Shown piece after piece: positions 1 to 11,292 of a stretch of DNA of 64,000 nt. A program made the position numbers and the translations under genes. Numbering within the stretch: the first letter of the stretch is position 1; each line of letters starts with the position of its first letter. The DNA comes from Clostridia bacterium (GTDB taxonomy: Bacteria; Bacillota; Clostridia; Oscillospirales; Acutalibacteraceae), in contig JAFUNA010000032.1 in the NCBI GenBank assembly GCA_017473165.1, positions 4,182 to 68,181 of the forward strand, in the 5' to 3' direction. The notes under the pieces are model-generated. The model searched no databases and had not been told where the DNA came from. It saw only the letters and a program-made list of their open reading frames with translations.

Positions 1-40
1 CGCAGTAATGGGTGCGTTTAAGTCCTGTCATGAAATCCAT
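1..40 (-). CDS. aspS: Aspartate--tRNA ligase, 5' end only (runs off the window)
   Basis: Reverse strand reads MDFMTGLKRTHYC after an AAAGGA RBS; the RTHYC start and position after hisS are typical of aspS. Confidence 0.85.
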   Translation of the reverse strand, partial: MDFMTGLKRTHYC

Positions 41-56
41 ATATATCTGTCCTTTA

Positions 57-1400
57 TCAAAGATTGTTAAGTATTGCGGAAAGGTCAACGCCGTCGAGGT
101 CAAGGCTTTCGCCGAGGGCGGCGGTTTCCTGATGAACGATGAATTCAAGGAAGTTTTCCGAAAGCTCGGAGAGCTCAAATTCGGTTGATTCGCCCGAATC
201 CATGTTCTTGACCTTTGCCTTGCCCGAGGCAACTTCGTCGTCGCCGAGCACCATTGTGTATTTTGCACCGATTTTGTCGGCGTATTTCATCTGTGCTTTG
301 AGCGAGCGGCCAACAACGTCGGTCTGGGCGTTGATTCCGCCTGCACGAAGGTCGGCAACGATTGCCGCAGCCTCGTAGGATGCGTTTTCACCCATGGGAG
401 CAATGTAGATGTCGCAGCCCGAGGGCTCGGGAAACTCGATTCCCTGTGCTTCAAGGAGCATGAGCAGTCTGCCTGTGCCCATGCCGAAGCCGAGCGAGGG
501 AGTGTGGGGTCCGCCGAGCTCTTCGATGAGTCCGTCATAGCGACCGCCGCCGCAGACTGTGCCCTGTGCACCGATATCGTTTGAAACAAACTCAAAAACG
601 GTGCGTGTATAATAGTCAAGTCCTCTTACGATGCGGGGATTGACGGTATATTCGATGTTCATTTTTTCAAGATACTTCTTGACGCTCTCAAAATGCTTTG
701 AGCAGTCATCGCAGATATAGTCGATGATTGCGGGAGCATCCGCCGCAATTTCCTTGCATACGGGGCTCTTGCAGTCAAGAATTCTCATGGGATTCTTTTC
801 AAGTCTGCCGAGGCAGGTGGGGCAGAGATTTTCTTTCTTTGCCTCAAAATACTCTTTGAGAGCTGCATGGTAATTCTTGCGGCATTCGGGGCAGCCGATT
901 GAATTGAGCTCAAGCGAAATGTTTTCAACGCCGAGGAAGGCGAAAACTTCGTTTGCGAGCGAGATAATTTCCGCATCCGCTGCGGGAGAAGCCGTGCCGA
1001 AGCATTCAACGCCGAACTGCTGGAATTCTCTCCATCTGCCTGCCTGGGGCTTTTCGTAGCGGTAACAGTTGAGAAGATAGCAAACCTTCTGGGGCATTGC
1101 TTCGTTGAAAAGTCCGTGTTCAAGGAAGGCTCTTGCCGCTCCTGCGGTGCCTTCGGGGCGAAGGGTGATTGAGCGTCCGCCCTTGTCGTCGAAGGTATAC
1201 ATTTCCTTCTGAACAACGTCGGTTGTTTCGCCTACACCTCTCTGGAAAAGCTCGGTATGTTCAAAAACGGGGGTGCGGAGCTCACGGAAGCCGAATTTGC
1301 GTGCGATGTCAAGCAAAGCCTGCTCCAGAAACTGGTTTTTATAGACCACATCGGGCAGAATGTCCTGTGTGCCCTTGATGGCTTTGGTTATGAGTGCCAT
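57..1400 (-). CDS. hisS: Histidine--tRNA ligase
   Basis: LRPEGTA, RYEKPQAGRWREFQQ, RGLDYY and GGGRYDGL motifs. Confidence 0.98.
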   Translation of the reverse strand: MALITKAIKGTQDILPDVVYKNQFLEQALLDIARKFGFRELRTPVFEHTELFQRGVGETTDVVQKEMYTFDDKGGRSITLRPEGTAGAARAFLEHGLFNEAMPQKVCYLLNCYRYEKPQAGRWREFQQFGVECFGTASPAADAEIISLANEVFAFLGVENISLELNSIGCPECRKNYHAALKEYFEAKKENLCPTCLGRLEKNPMRILDCKSPVCKEIAADAPAIIDYICDDCSKHFESVKKYLEKMNIEYTVNPRIVRGLDYYTRTVFEFVSNDIGAQGTVCGGGRYDGLIEELGGPHTPSLGFGMGTGRLLMLLEAQGIEFPEPSGCDIYIAPMGENASYEAAAIVADLRAGGINAQTDVVGRSLKAQMKYADKIGAKYTMVLGDDEVASGKAKVKNMDSGESTEFELSELSENFLEFIVHQETAALGESLDLDGVDLSAILNNL

Positions 1401-1434
1401 AATTTATTCTTCTTTCTTTACAAATTGAAAAAGC

Positions 1435-1468
1435 GTAAAACAAAGGGTCGTCTTTGAGCAGACGACCC
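1435..1468 (-). terminator. Intrinsic terminator-like hairpin between mgsA and hisS
   Basis: GGGTCGTCT (1445-1453) / AGACGACCC (1460-1468) stem followed on the minus strand by TTTGTTTT. Confidence 0.6.
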
Positions 1469-1472
1469 CTCT

Positions 1473-1677
1473 GACTGTTGATAAAGTTGCTGAACCATAA
1501 ACGAAAACAAAAGATGATTCAACGATAGCCTGTCCCGAAAAAGCATAGGGGAGGCAATGTCAAAAGTCTGATGACTGCGAGGCGGGAATTCGTTTATTTG
1601 CCGTTTTTTCACTTTTCGATGTATCGCATACACCTTCAAGCGAAGAAAACGCCATTCAGCTTCCTTTCTCAACAGCC
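1473..1677. mobile_element. Putative MITE with imperfect terminal inverted repeats
   Basis: GACTGTTGATAAAG (1473-1486) vs reverse complement of 1664-1677 GGCTGTTGAGAAAG (12/14), both followed by GCTGAA; no credible coding content. Confidence 0.5.
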
Positions 1678-1709
1678 ATACTAATTTTGAGTTGCTGCAA
1701 ACAGAGGAA

Positions 1710-2117
1710 TTAAATCTTTTTGGGGTTGACGATGTCACGCCAATCAAGATCGCCTCTGGCAAGTGAATGAATAAGAGCCTCGGCTGTTGCGATGTTTGTT
1801 GCAACGGGAACGTTGTGAACGTCGCAAAGGCGGAGAAGCGTTGCTTCGTTGGGCTCGTGGGGCTTTGCCGTTAAGGGGTCACGGAAAAGGAGCAGAAGAT
1901 CGATTTCGTTGCAGGCAATTCTTGACGCAATCTGTTCGGCGCCGCCCTGTGCTCCGCTTAAAAATCTTGTTATGTCAAGACCCGTAGCTTCAGCAACCAT
2001 TTTACCGGTTGTGCCGGTAGCGTAAACGTTATGTCGGCTCAGAATTCCGCAATATGCAATACAAAACTGAGTCATTAATTCCTTCTTTGCATCGTGTGCA
2101 ATCAGAGCAATGTTCAT
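1710..2117 (-). CDS. mgsA: Methylglyoxal synthase
   Basis: [20 protein letters not shown] and ATNIATAE motifs. Confidence 0.93.
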   Translation of the reverse strand: MNIALIAHDAKKELMTQFCIAYCGILSRHNVYATGTTGKMVAEATGLDITRFLSGAQGGAEQIASRIACNEIDLLLLFRDPLTAKPHEPNEATLLRLCDVHNVPVATNIATAEALIHSLARGDLDWRDIVNPKKI

Positions 2118-2222
2118 TTAATCAATCATCTCCCTTTCGCCATTTGTCCATGTTTTATAGATATAATAATATCAAATCAAATAACATCTGACAAGTACTT
2201 ATAAGAAAAAATTTAGACAAAT

Positions 2223-4730
2223 TTATTCATTATTTTCCGTATTTTCACTGATTTCTTCTGCTTCGGGCGCTGTATCTTCCGAATCGGAAATTTCCTCGGC
2301 GGGAACGGAAACTGCGGTTATGAGTTTTTCGCCGTCGTTAACCTTCATAACACGAACACCCTTTGAGGGTCTTGCACAAAGTCTGATGGTTTCCATGGGA
2401 ATTCTGATGATTATGCCGTCGGAGGAAATGAGCATAAGGTCATCGGCGGGGTCAACAACCTCGATTGCGGCAATATCGCCGTATTTTGCAACGTGGTAGT
2501 TGGTAAGACCCGAGCCGCCTCTGTTCTGAAGACGGTAGTCATCAATTTCGCTCAAGCGGCCGTAGCCCGTTTCGCTGACGGTGAGAACCTTTTTGCCGTC
2601 TGTGAGGATATCCATGCCGATAACGCAGTCGCCCTCTTTGAGCTTGAGTGCACGCACACCTCTTGCGGTACGTCCGATAACTCTTGCATCGTTTTCATGG
2701 AAAGCGATTGACATACCCTTTTTGGTTGCAACGATAAGCTTTTCGCCGCCCTTGGTGAGCTTGACCCATACGAGCTCATCGTCATCGTCAAGGTTGATTG
2801 CGATAACGCCGTTCTTGCGGACATTTTTATAGGCATCGAGCTCGGTACGCTTGATGATGCCGTTTCTTGTCATCATGCAGAGGAAATATTCGTCCTCGCC
2901 GAAATCGGGAACACGAATCATTGCGGAAACCTTTTCTCCCTCCTCAATGGGAAGCAGGTTAACCATGTTCATGCCCTTGCTCTGGCGTGAGCCCTCGGGA
3001 ATTTCATAGCCTTTAAGGCGGTATGTTTTGCCCTTGGTTGTGAAGAACATGATGTAATCGTGGGTTGAGCAGGTGAACATTGTTTTAACAACGTCCTCTT
3101 CACGGCGGGTAAGACCCTTAACGCCTCTGCCGCCTCTGTTCTGCTGCTTGTATTCGTCCATGGGAATACGCTTGATGTAGCCCATGTCTGTGAGAGTAAA
3201 TACGCAGGTTTCTTCGGGGATGAGGTCCTCGATGTCAACCTCGCCCGAAACGTTGACGATTTCGGTGCGTCTTTCGTCGGCATACTTGTCACGGATTGCC
3301 ATTGCCTCGGTCTTTACGATTTCAAGAACTCTGCGTTCATCGGCAAGAATTTCAAGGAAATCGGCGATTTTTTCTTTGAGCTCGTTGAGTTCGTTCTGAA
3401 TCTTGAGAATTTCAAGACCTGCCAACTGACCCAAACGGAATGCAACGATTGCGGCAGCCTGAGGCTCGTCGAAATCGAATTTTTCCATGATTGCAGCCTT
3501 GGCCTCCGCCTGACCGCCCTTACAAGCTCTGATTGTGGCAATGATATCGTCAACTATATCAATAGCCTTTGCAAGACCTTCGAGAATATGTGCTCTGTCC
3601 TGTGCTTTTTTGAGGTCATATCTTGTTCTGCGAACGATAACCTCTTCCTGGAATTTGATATAGTGAGAAAGAATTTCTTTGAGTGAAAGCTGCTTGGGCT
3701 CACCGTTTACGAGTGCAATCATGATTGCACCGAAGGTGTCCTGAAGCTGTGTGTAGTTGAAAAGCTGATTGAGAACAACCTGGGGATTTGCGTCCCTCTT
3801 AAGGTCGATTGAAATGAGCATTCCCTTCTTTGAGGAATAGTCATTTACGTCGGAAATGCCCTCTATACGCTTGTCCTTAACAAGGTTTGCGATGCTCTCG
3901 ATGAGCCTTGCCTTGTTGACCATGTAGGGAATTTCGGTAACCTGAATCTCAAATCTGCCGTTTTTCTTTTCAACGATTTCGGTCTTTGCACGCAGAGTGA
4001 TTTTGCCTCTGCCTGTTGAGTAAGCGGCTCTGATGCCCGCTCTGCCCATAACAACGCCTCTTGTGGGGAAGTCGGGACCCTTGATATATTCCATAAGGCC
4101 GTCAAGGTCGATGTCGGGGTTATCGATGAGGGCACACATTCCGTCAATAACCTCGCCGAGGTTGTGAGGGGGAATGTTGGAAGCCATACCTACGGCGATA
4201 CCGACCGAGCCGTTAACGAGAAGATTGGGGAATCTTGAAGGAAGAACGGTGGGCTCTTTAAGACGGTCGTCATAGTTTGTTGTGAAGTCAACGGTATCCT
4301 TGTCGATATCCGTGAGCATTTTGAGCGAAAGCTTGCTCATTCTTGACTCTGTGTAACGGTATGCAGCAGGGGGGTCGCCGTCAACGGAGCCGAAGTTGCC
4401 GTGACCGTCAACGAGAATGTATCTCATTGAGAAGGTCTGGGCAAGACGTACCATTGCATCGTAAACAGATGCGTCGCCGTGGGGGTGATAGCGTCCGAGA
4501 ACGGAGCCGACGGTATCGGCACACTTTCTGTATGCCTTGTCGGGGGTAAGACCGTTTTCGTGCATTGTGTAAAGAATACGTCTGTGAACGGGCTTAAGAC
4601 CGTCTCTGACGTCGGGAAGTGCACGGGAAGTAATAACCGTCATCGAGTAATCGAGGAAGGATTTGCGCACTTCTTTATTTAAATCGACATTTATAATTTT
4701 TTGAGTGTCGCGTGCGTCACCAAAGCTCAT
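2223..4730 (-). CDS. gyrA: DNA gyrase subunit A
   Basis: [22 protein letters not shown], catalytic AAYRYTE, GyrA box QNRGGRG. Confidence 0.98.
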   Translation of the reverse strand: MSFGDARDTQKIINVDLNKEVRKSFLDYSMTVITSRALPDVRDGLKPVHRRILYTMHENGLTPDKAYRKCADTVGSVLGRYHPHGDASVYDAMVRLAQTFSMRYILVDGHGNFGSVDGDPPAAYRYTESRMSKLSLKMLTDIDKDTVDFTTNYDDRLKEPTVLPSRFPNLLVNGSVGIAVGMASNIPPHNLGEVIDGMCALIDNPDIDLDGLMEYIKGPDFPTRGVVMGRAGIRAAYSTGRGKITLRAKTEIVEKKNGRFEIQVTEIPYMVNKARLIESIANLVKDKRIEGISDVNDYSSKKGMLISIDLKRDANPQVVLNQLFNYTQLQDTFGAIMIALVNGEPKQLSLKEILSHYIKFQEEVIVRRTRYDLKKAQDRAHILEGLAKAIDIVDDIIATIRACKGGQAEAKAAIMEKFDFDEPQAAAIVAFRLGQLAGLEILKIQNELNELKEKIADFLEILADERRVLEIVKTEAMAIRDKYADERRTEIVNVSGEVDIEDLIPEETCVFTLTDMGYIKRIPMDEYKQQNRGGRGVKGLTRREEDVVKTMFTCSTHDYIMFFTTKGKTYRLKGYEIPEGSRQSKGMNMVNLLPIEEGEKVSAMIRVPDFGEDEYFLCMMTRNGIIKRTELDAYKNVRKNGVIAINLDDDDELVWVKLTKGGEKLIVATKKGMSIAFHENDARVIGRTARGVRALKLKEGDCVIGMDILTDGKKVLTVSETGYGRLSEIDDYRLQNRGGSGLTNYHVAKYGDIAAIEVVDPADDLMLISSDGIIIRIPMETIRLCARPSKGVRVMKVNDGEKLITAVSVPAEEISDSEDTAPEAEEISENTENNE

Positions 4731-4751
4731 ATTCTATAGTCCTTTCTGCAA

Positions 4752-6770
<2,019 letters not shown>

Positions 6771-7655
6771 TTAATTTCCGTTTCCAAGCATTGACATTAT
6801 GCCTTTTTTCTTTGCTTTTGCGGGCTTGTATTTGGGCGGATTTTCAAGACGCATTTTTGCACCCTTGCCGCTTGATGAGGCGAGATATTTGTTGACGTTG
6901 ATAACGGGACCCGTCATATCCTCGCTCATATAGTCAACGCAGTTTGCAAGCATTTCCTGGTTATTGTCCATTGCACCGAGAATGGTAACTGCGATGAGGC
7001 TCTGGGTTTCGTTTGTTCCGTCCTCATAGATTTCGTTGAGGAGGTTGAAAAGACGCTTCATCTTCTGGGGATTGTTTTCCTTGATTGTCTGAAGAACAAC
7101 GGGTGTTCCGTGATTCATGAAGAAATCCTCGGGAAGGAACTGACCGTATTTTTCGCAGTTTGCCTTGTATTCCTCACGAAGCTCGGGATAGATTGACGTG
7201 AAGCGGTTTGCGAGGGTGTTGGGGTCATATGAAACAGAGCCGCTCTTTGCCGCCGCCTTTGAAACGGGGGTGGGGAGCTTTGATTTGGTTGGCTTAACGG
7301 TTTTTGTTCCGAAGGATTCAACAAGGGTTTCGCTGAATTCGTTAACGATATATTTAACGTCCTTTGCATCGGCGGTTTCGGCATCGAGAAGCGAAAGAGA
7401 AAGCTGCGAAAAATCGCTTGAATTGATTTCGCCCTCTTTGGTTACGCCGTGGAGAGAAACCTTGTTATTGAAATGCTCGATTTTGAGAGCCTTGTTCTCG
7501 CCCTTGAATTCGATTGTTATTCTTCCCGACTCTGTAACGGCGGGAAGCTCGCCTTTTTCGACTCCCGAGGGGATAACGGCGGTGAAGCCGCAATCGTTGA
7601 GAGTTGCATTCAGACCGCCGACAATATCGGCAAGAACAGAATAGATATCAGCCAT
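6771..7655 (-). CDS. Hypothetical protein, first gene of the gyrB-gyrA run
   Basis: 294-aa ORF, AAAGGAG RBS, host-like codon usage, 9 bp from gyrB. Confidence 0.8.
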   Translation of the reverse strand: MADIYSVLADIVGGLNATLNDCGFTAVIPSGVEKGELPAVTESGRITIEFKGENKALKIEHFNNKVSLHGVTKEGEINSSDFSQLSLSLLDAETADAKDVKYIVNEFSETLVESFGTKTVKPTKSKLPTPVSKAAAKSGSVSYDPNTLANRFTSIYPELREEYKANCEKYGQFLPEDFFMNHGTPVVLQTIKENNPQKMKRLFNLLNEIYEDGTNETQSLIAVTILGAMDNNQEMLANCVDYMSEDMTGPVINVNKYLASSSGKGAKMRLENPPKYKPAKAKKKGIMSMLGNGN

Positions 7656-7810
7656 AATAAAGCTCCTTTACTATTTCTATATAAAATTACAGTTTATTAT
7701 AACATATATAATAATACAGTTAATTCTAAAATAGAATTAAAATAGAAAATATATAAAAATATTTTATAAATTACAGAAGAATTATATCAATATTTTTGGT
7801 CAGTATTCGG

Positions 7811-7839
7811 TTGACTAATCAGCGGTGCTGTGTTATCAT
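7811..7839 (+). promoter_or_regulatory. Sigma-A promoter for ddl operon
   Basis: TTGACT-17 bp-TATCAT with extended -10 TG. Confidence 0.6.
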
Positions 7840-7892
7840 AATTAAATCATAAATGATTATAATGGGATTATAGCGGCATATACAATAAATCC

Positions 7893-7920
7893 GTAGGGGC
7901 GACCCTGCGTGGTCGTCCGT
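7893..7920 (+). repeat. GTAG-type REP hairpin
   Basis: GTAGGGGCGACCCTGCGTGGTCGTCC; near-identical inverted copies at about 18546-18572 and 20112-20138. Confidence 0.75.
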
Positions 7921-7950
7921 TTTGAATCATAACAGAAAAGGAGTATCACC

Positions 7951-9012
7951 ATGAAACAAAAAGTTCTTGTTCTTTTCGGCGGCGTTTCAAGCGAGCATGA
8001 CGTTTCGCTCAATTCCGCCTGCTCCGTAATCAAAAACATTCCCGCCGAAAAATACGATATTGTTGCAATGGGAATAACAAAAGACGGCAGAAGCTATATT
8101 TATAACGGCTCTCCCGATATGCTTCCCGATGAAAAATGGCTTGAGGACACCGAAAATCTTGAGCCTGCGGTTATTTCGACCGACCGCTCCCATCACGGCA
8201 TAATCCGCCTTGCAAATGGCTGTGAAATTGAGAAAATCGACGTTGTTTTCCCCGTGCTTCACGGCAAAAACGGCGAGGACGGCACAATGCAGGGACTTCT
8301 TGAGATTGCAGGTCTGCCTTATGTCGGCTGCAACACCGCAGCAAGTGCAATCTGCATGGATAAAGCCGCCACAAACGCCATGGCGGACTTTTACGGCATC
8401 CCCCAGGCAAAGTGGGTTGCCTTCGATAAATACGCTTATACAGCCGATAAAACGGCTTTGCTGGCAAATGCCGCAGAGAAGCTCGGCTATCCTATCTTTG
8501 TCAAGCCCGCAAACGCAGGCTCATCCGTGGGCATCAGCAAGGCAAAGAACATTGACGAGCTCGAAAAAGCCTGCGAAAAGGCATTTGAGCACGATAAAAA
8601 GCTTGTTCTTGAAGAAGGAATTGTCGGCATGGAGGTTGAATGTGCCGTTATGGGCAACGATGAGCCCGTGGCATCGGTTATCGGCGAGGTTGTGCCCTGC
8701 AACGAATTCTATGACTACGATGCAAAATATCTTGCCAACGAAAGCGAGCTTCATATTCCCGCAAGACTTCCCGAAGAAAAGCTGAAAGACATTCAGAAGG
8801 CTGCCGTTAACGCATACAGAGCACTCGGCTGCACAGGTTTTACGAGAGTTGATTTCTTTGTGCGTGAGAGCGACGGAAACATCATGCTCAACGAGCCCAA
8901 CACCATTCCCGGCTTTACGTCAATCAGCATGTATCCCAAGCTTTTTGCCGCATCGGGAGTGCCCTATTCGGAATTGCTGGATAAATTGCTGCAATTGGCA
9001 ATTGAAAGGTAA
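7951..9012 (+). CDS. ddl: D-alanine--D-alanine ligase
   Basis: GGVSSEHDVS, LHGKNGEDG, KPANAGSSVG, NEPNTIPG, FYDYDAKY. Confidence 0.96.
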   Translation: MKQKVLVLFGGVSSEHDVSLNSACSVIKNIPAEKYDIVAMGITKDGRSYIYNGSPDMLPDEKWLEDTENLEPAVISTDRSHHGIIRLANGCEIEKIDVVFPVLHGKNGEDGTMQGLLEIAGLPYVGCNTAASAICMDKAATNAMADFYGIPQAKWVAFDKYAYTADKTALLANAAEKLGYPIFVKPANAGSSVGISKAKNIDELEKACEKAFEHDKKLVLEEGIVGMEVECAVMGNDEPVASVIGEVVPCNEFYDYDAKYLANESELHIPARLPEEKLKDIQKAAVNAYRALGCTGFTRVDFFVRESDGNIMLNEPNTIPGFTSISMYPKLFAASGVPYSELLDKLLQLAIER

Positions 9013-9018
9013 AAAATC

Positions 9019-9444
9019 ATGACAAAAGCAATAATAAAAATAACCGACCGCCACATTCAGGACGGTGAGGAATTTTCCTGTGAGCTTACAACCTCGGGCG
9101 AATTCGGAGTTACCGAAAACGGCTGCAAAATCGTTTATAACGAAACCGATGAGGAGCTTCAGAACTGTGTGGCAACCCTTGACATCGAAGGCTCGAAGAA
9201 GATAACAATGACCCGCTCGGGCAAATACAACACCGAAATGATAATCGAAAAGGACCGCCGCCATTCCTGCTATTATTCAACTCCCTACGGCGAGCTGCTT
9301 ATGGGAATTTATGCAAAGAAAATCGAAAACGGAGTTACCGAAAACGGCGGCACACTCGATTTTTCATACACAATCGATTTCAACAACGTAACGGCATCGG
9401 AAAACGAGCTTTCCGTAACCGTTGTGCCTAAAATGGAGGAATAA
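9019..9444 (+). CDS. DUF1934-like beta-barrel protein
   Basis: Y-x-TPYG motif, size and position directly upstream of argS. Confidence 0.8.
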   Translation: MTKAIIKITDRHIQDGEEFSCELTTSGEFGVTENGCKIVYNETDEELQNCVATLDIEGSKKITMTRSGKYNTEMIIEKDRRHSCYYSTPYGELLMGIYAKKIENGVTENGGTLDFSYTIDFNNVTASENELSVTVVPKMEE

Positions 9445-9446
9445 AA

Positions 9447-11192
9447 ATGTCAGTTCTTGTTAAACAGACAATAAAAGAAATACGCACCGCAATTATGGAG
9501 GCTGCGGGCAGAGCTGTTGCCGACGGCGAATTTCCCGAGGTACCTTTAAGCGATTTCATTATCGAAGTGCCCGCAAACAAAGAAAACGGCGACTATTCGT
9601 CAAACGCCGCAATGGCATGGGCAAGGGATTTGAGAAGTGCTCCCCGCAAAATCGCACAGACAATCGTTGACAGACTTGAGCTTTGCGACACCTTTGTTGA
9701 CAGATGCGAAATTGCCGGTCCGGGCTTCCTTAATTTCTATCTCAAAGAGAGCTTCAACGCCTGTATTATTGAAGATATTCTCGAAAAGGGCGATGATTAC
9801 GGCCGCTCCGATTACGGCAAGGGTCAGAAAATCAATATCGAATTCGTTTCCGCAAACCCCACAGGTCCCATGCACATGGGCAACGCAAGAGGCGGCGCAC
9901 TCGGCGACTGCCTTGCTGCGGTTATGGACTTTGCGGGCTACAACGTAAGCCGTGAATTCTATGTTAACGATGCGGGCAATCAGATTGAAAAATTCGGTCT
10001 TTCGCTCGATATCAGATATCAGCAGATATTCAAGAATGAGGATGCTCCCGAGCTTCCCGAGGACAGCTATCACGGTCAGGATATCATCGTGCGTGCACAG
10101 GAATTTGCACAGATTCACGGTGACAAATATATCGACGCCCCCGAGGCTGAACGCAGAAAGGCTCTTGTTGACTACGCACTTCCCAAGAACATTGCGGCAA
10201 TGAAGGAAAACCTCACAAAATACCGCATTGAATATGATACATGGTTCCTTGAAAGCACGCTCCATAACGGCGGCGAGCTTGCGGAAACCCTTGAAATCAT
10301 GAAGAGCAAGGGTCTTACATATGAAAAAGACGGAGCTCTCTGGTATAAGAACAAGGAGGTTCTCGGTGCAAGACTTGCAAAAGAGGGAAAAACTCCCGAA
10401 GAAATCGAAAAGCTCGAGCTTAAGGATGAGGTTCTTATCAGAACAAACGGCAACCCCACCTATTTTGCGGCGGATATCGCATATCACCGCAACAAGCTTC
10501 AGATAAGAGGCTTTGACAGAGCAATCAACATCTGGGGTGCGGACCACCACGGTCACGTTGCAAGAATGAAGGGTGCACTTGATGCAATCGGCTGCAACGG
10601 TGACGACCTTGACATCATTCTCATGCAGCTTGTACGTCTTACAAGCGGCGGCGAGGTTGTAAAAATGAGCAAGCGTTCGGGCAAGGCAATCACCCTTGTT
10701 GACCTGCTTGAAGAAATTCCCATCGATGCCGTTCGTTTCCTCTTTAATATGAGAGAGCCCGGCTCACAGATGGAATTCGACCTTGACCTTGCGGTTGAGC
10801 AGAGCTCACAGAATCCCGTTTACTACTGCCAGTATGCACACGCAAGAATATGCAGCATTCTCAAAAAGCTTGCCGCAGAGGGAAAAGAGCCCAGAGAATG
10901 CACAATTCCCGAGCTCGTGCTGCTTAACGCTCCCGAAGAGAAGGAGCTTATCAGACACCTTGCATCGCTCACAGACGAAATTGTCAATGCGGCAAAGAAC
11001 TATGACCCCGCAAAGATTACCCGCTATGCGGTTGACCTTGCAACTCTTTTCCACAAGTTCTATAATGCCTGCCGTGTTAACTGTGAGGATGAGGCTCTTA
11101 TGCAGGCAAGACTCAACCTCTGCCTCTGCGTAAAGAAGGTTCTCAACAATATCCTCACAATGTTCAGAATCACCGTTCCCGAAAGCATGTAA
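9447..11192 (+). CDS. argS: Arginine--tRNA ligase
   Basis: EFVSANPTGPMHMGN (HIGH), KMSKRSG, YCQYAHARICS. Confidence 0.98.
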   Translation: MSVLVKQTIKEIRTAIMEAAGRAVADGEFPEVPLSDFIIEVPANKENGDYSSNAAMAWARDLRSAPRKIAQTIVDRLELCDTFVDRCEIAGPGFLNFYLKESFNACIIEDILEKGDDYGRSDYGKGQKINIEFVSANPTGPMHMGNARGGALGDCLAAVMDFAGYNVSREFYVNDAGNQIEKFGLSLDIRYQQIFKNEDAPELPEDSYHGQDIIVRAQEFAQIHGDKYIDAPEAERRKALVDYALPKNIAAMKENLTKYRIEYDTWFLESTLHNGGELAETLEIMKSKGLTYEKDGALWYKNKEVLGARLAKEGKTPEEIEKLELKDEVLIRTNGNPTYFAADIAYHRNKLQIRGFDRAINIWGADHHGHVARMKGALDAIGCNGDDLDIILMQLVRLTSGGEVVKMSKRSGKAITLVDLLEEIPIDAVRFLFNMREPGSQMEFDLDLAVEQSSQNPVYYCQYAHARICSILKKLAAEGKEPRECTIPELVLLNAPEEKELIRHLASLTDEIVNAAKNYDPAKITRYAVDLATLFHKFYNACRVNCEDEALMQARLNLCLCVKKVLNNILTMFRITVPESM

Positions 11193-11197
11193 TCAAA

Positions 11198-11250
11198 GTG
11201 ATATTCGCCTGCGGCGAGTTAATGACGGGCTCTGCCCGTACCCGATTATA
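11198..11250 (+). repeat. Composite repeat: one GTGATAT-hairpin unit plus GACGGGCTCTGCCCGTACCCGATTATA module
   Basis: Same sequence recurs at about 18624-18677, 20212-20265 and inverted at 34174-34225. Confidence 0.85.
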
Positions 11251-11258
11251 TAAAAATC

Positions 11259-11290
11259 AGCCGATACGGAAATTTCCGTATCGGCTTTTT
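11259..11290. terminator. Likely bidirectional terminator between argS and the ABC pair
   Basis: Perfect 28-bp palindrome AGCCGATACGGAAATTTCCGTATCGGCT with flanking A and T runs. Confidence 0.85.
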
Positions 11291-11292
11291 GT

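Noticed and set aside
1401-1709. T-box riboswitch upstream of hisS
   Set aside because: A terminator is present but no GGTGGNACC T-box or specifier stem; inverted-repeat ends fit an insertion better.
1418-1804. 128-aa ORF
   Set aside because: Overlaps mgsA, crosses the MITE-like insert and terminator, no motif.
7660-7800. AT-rich stretch as oriC unwinding element
   Set aside because: No DnaA boxes seen; explained by divergent promoters.
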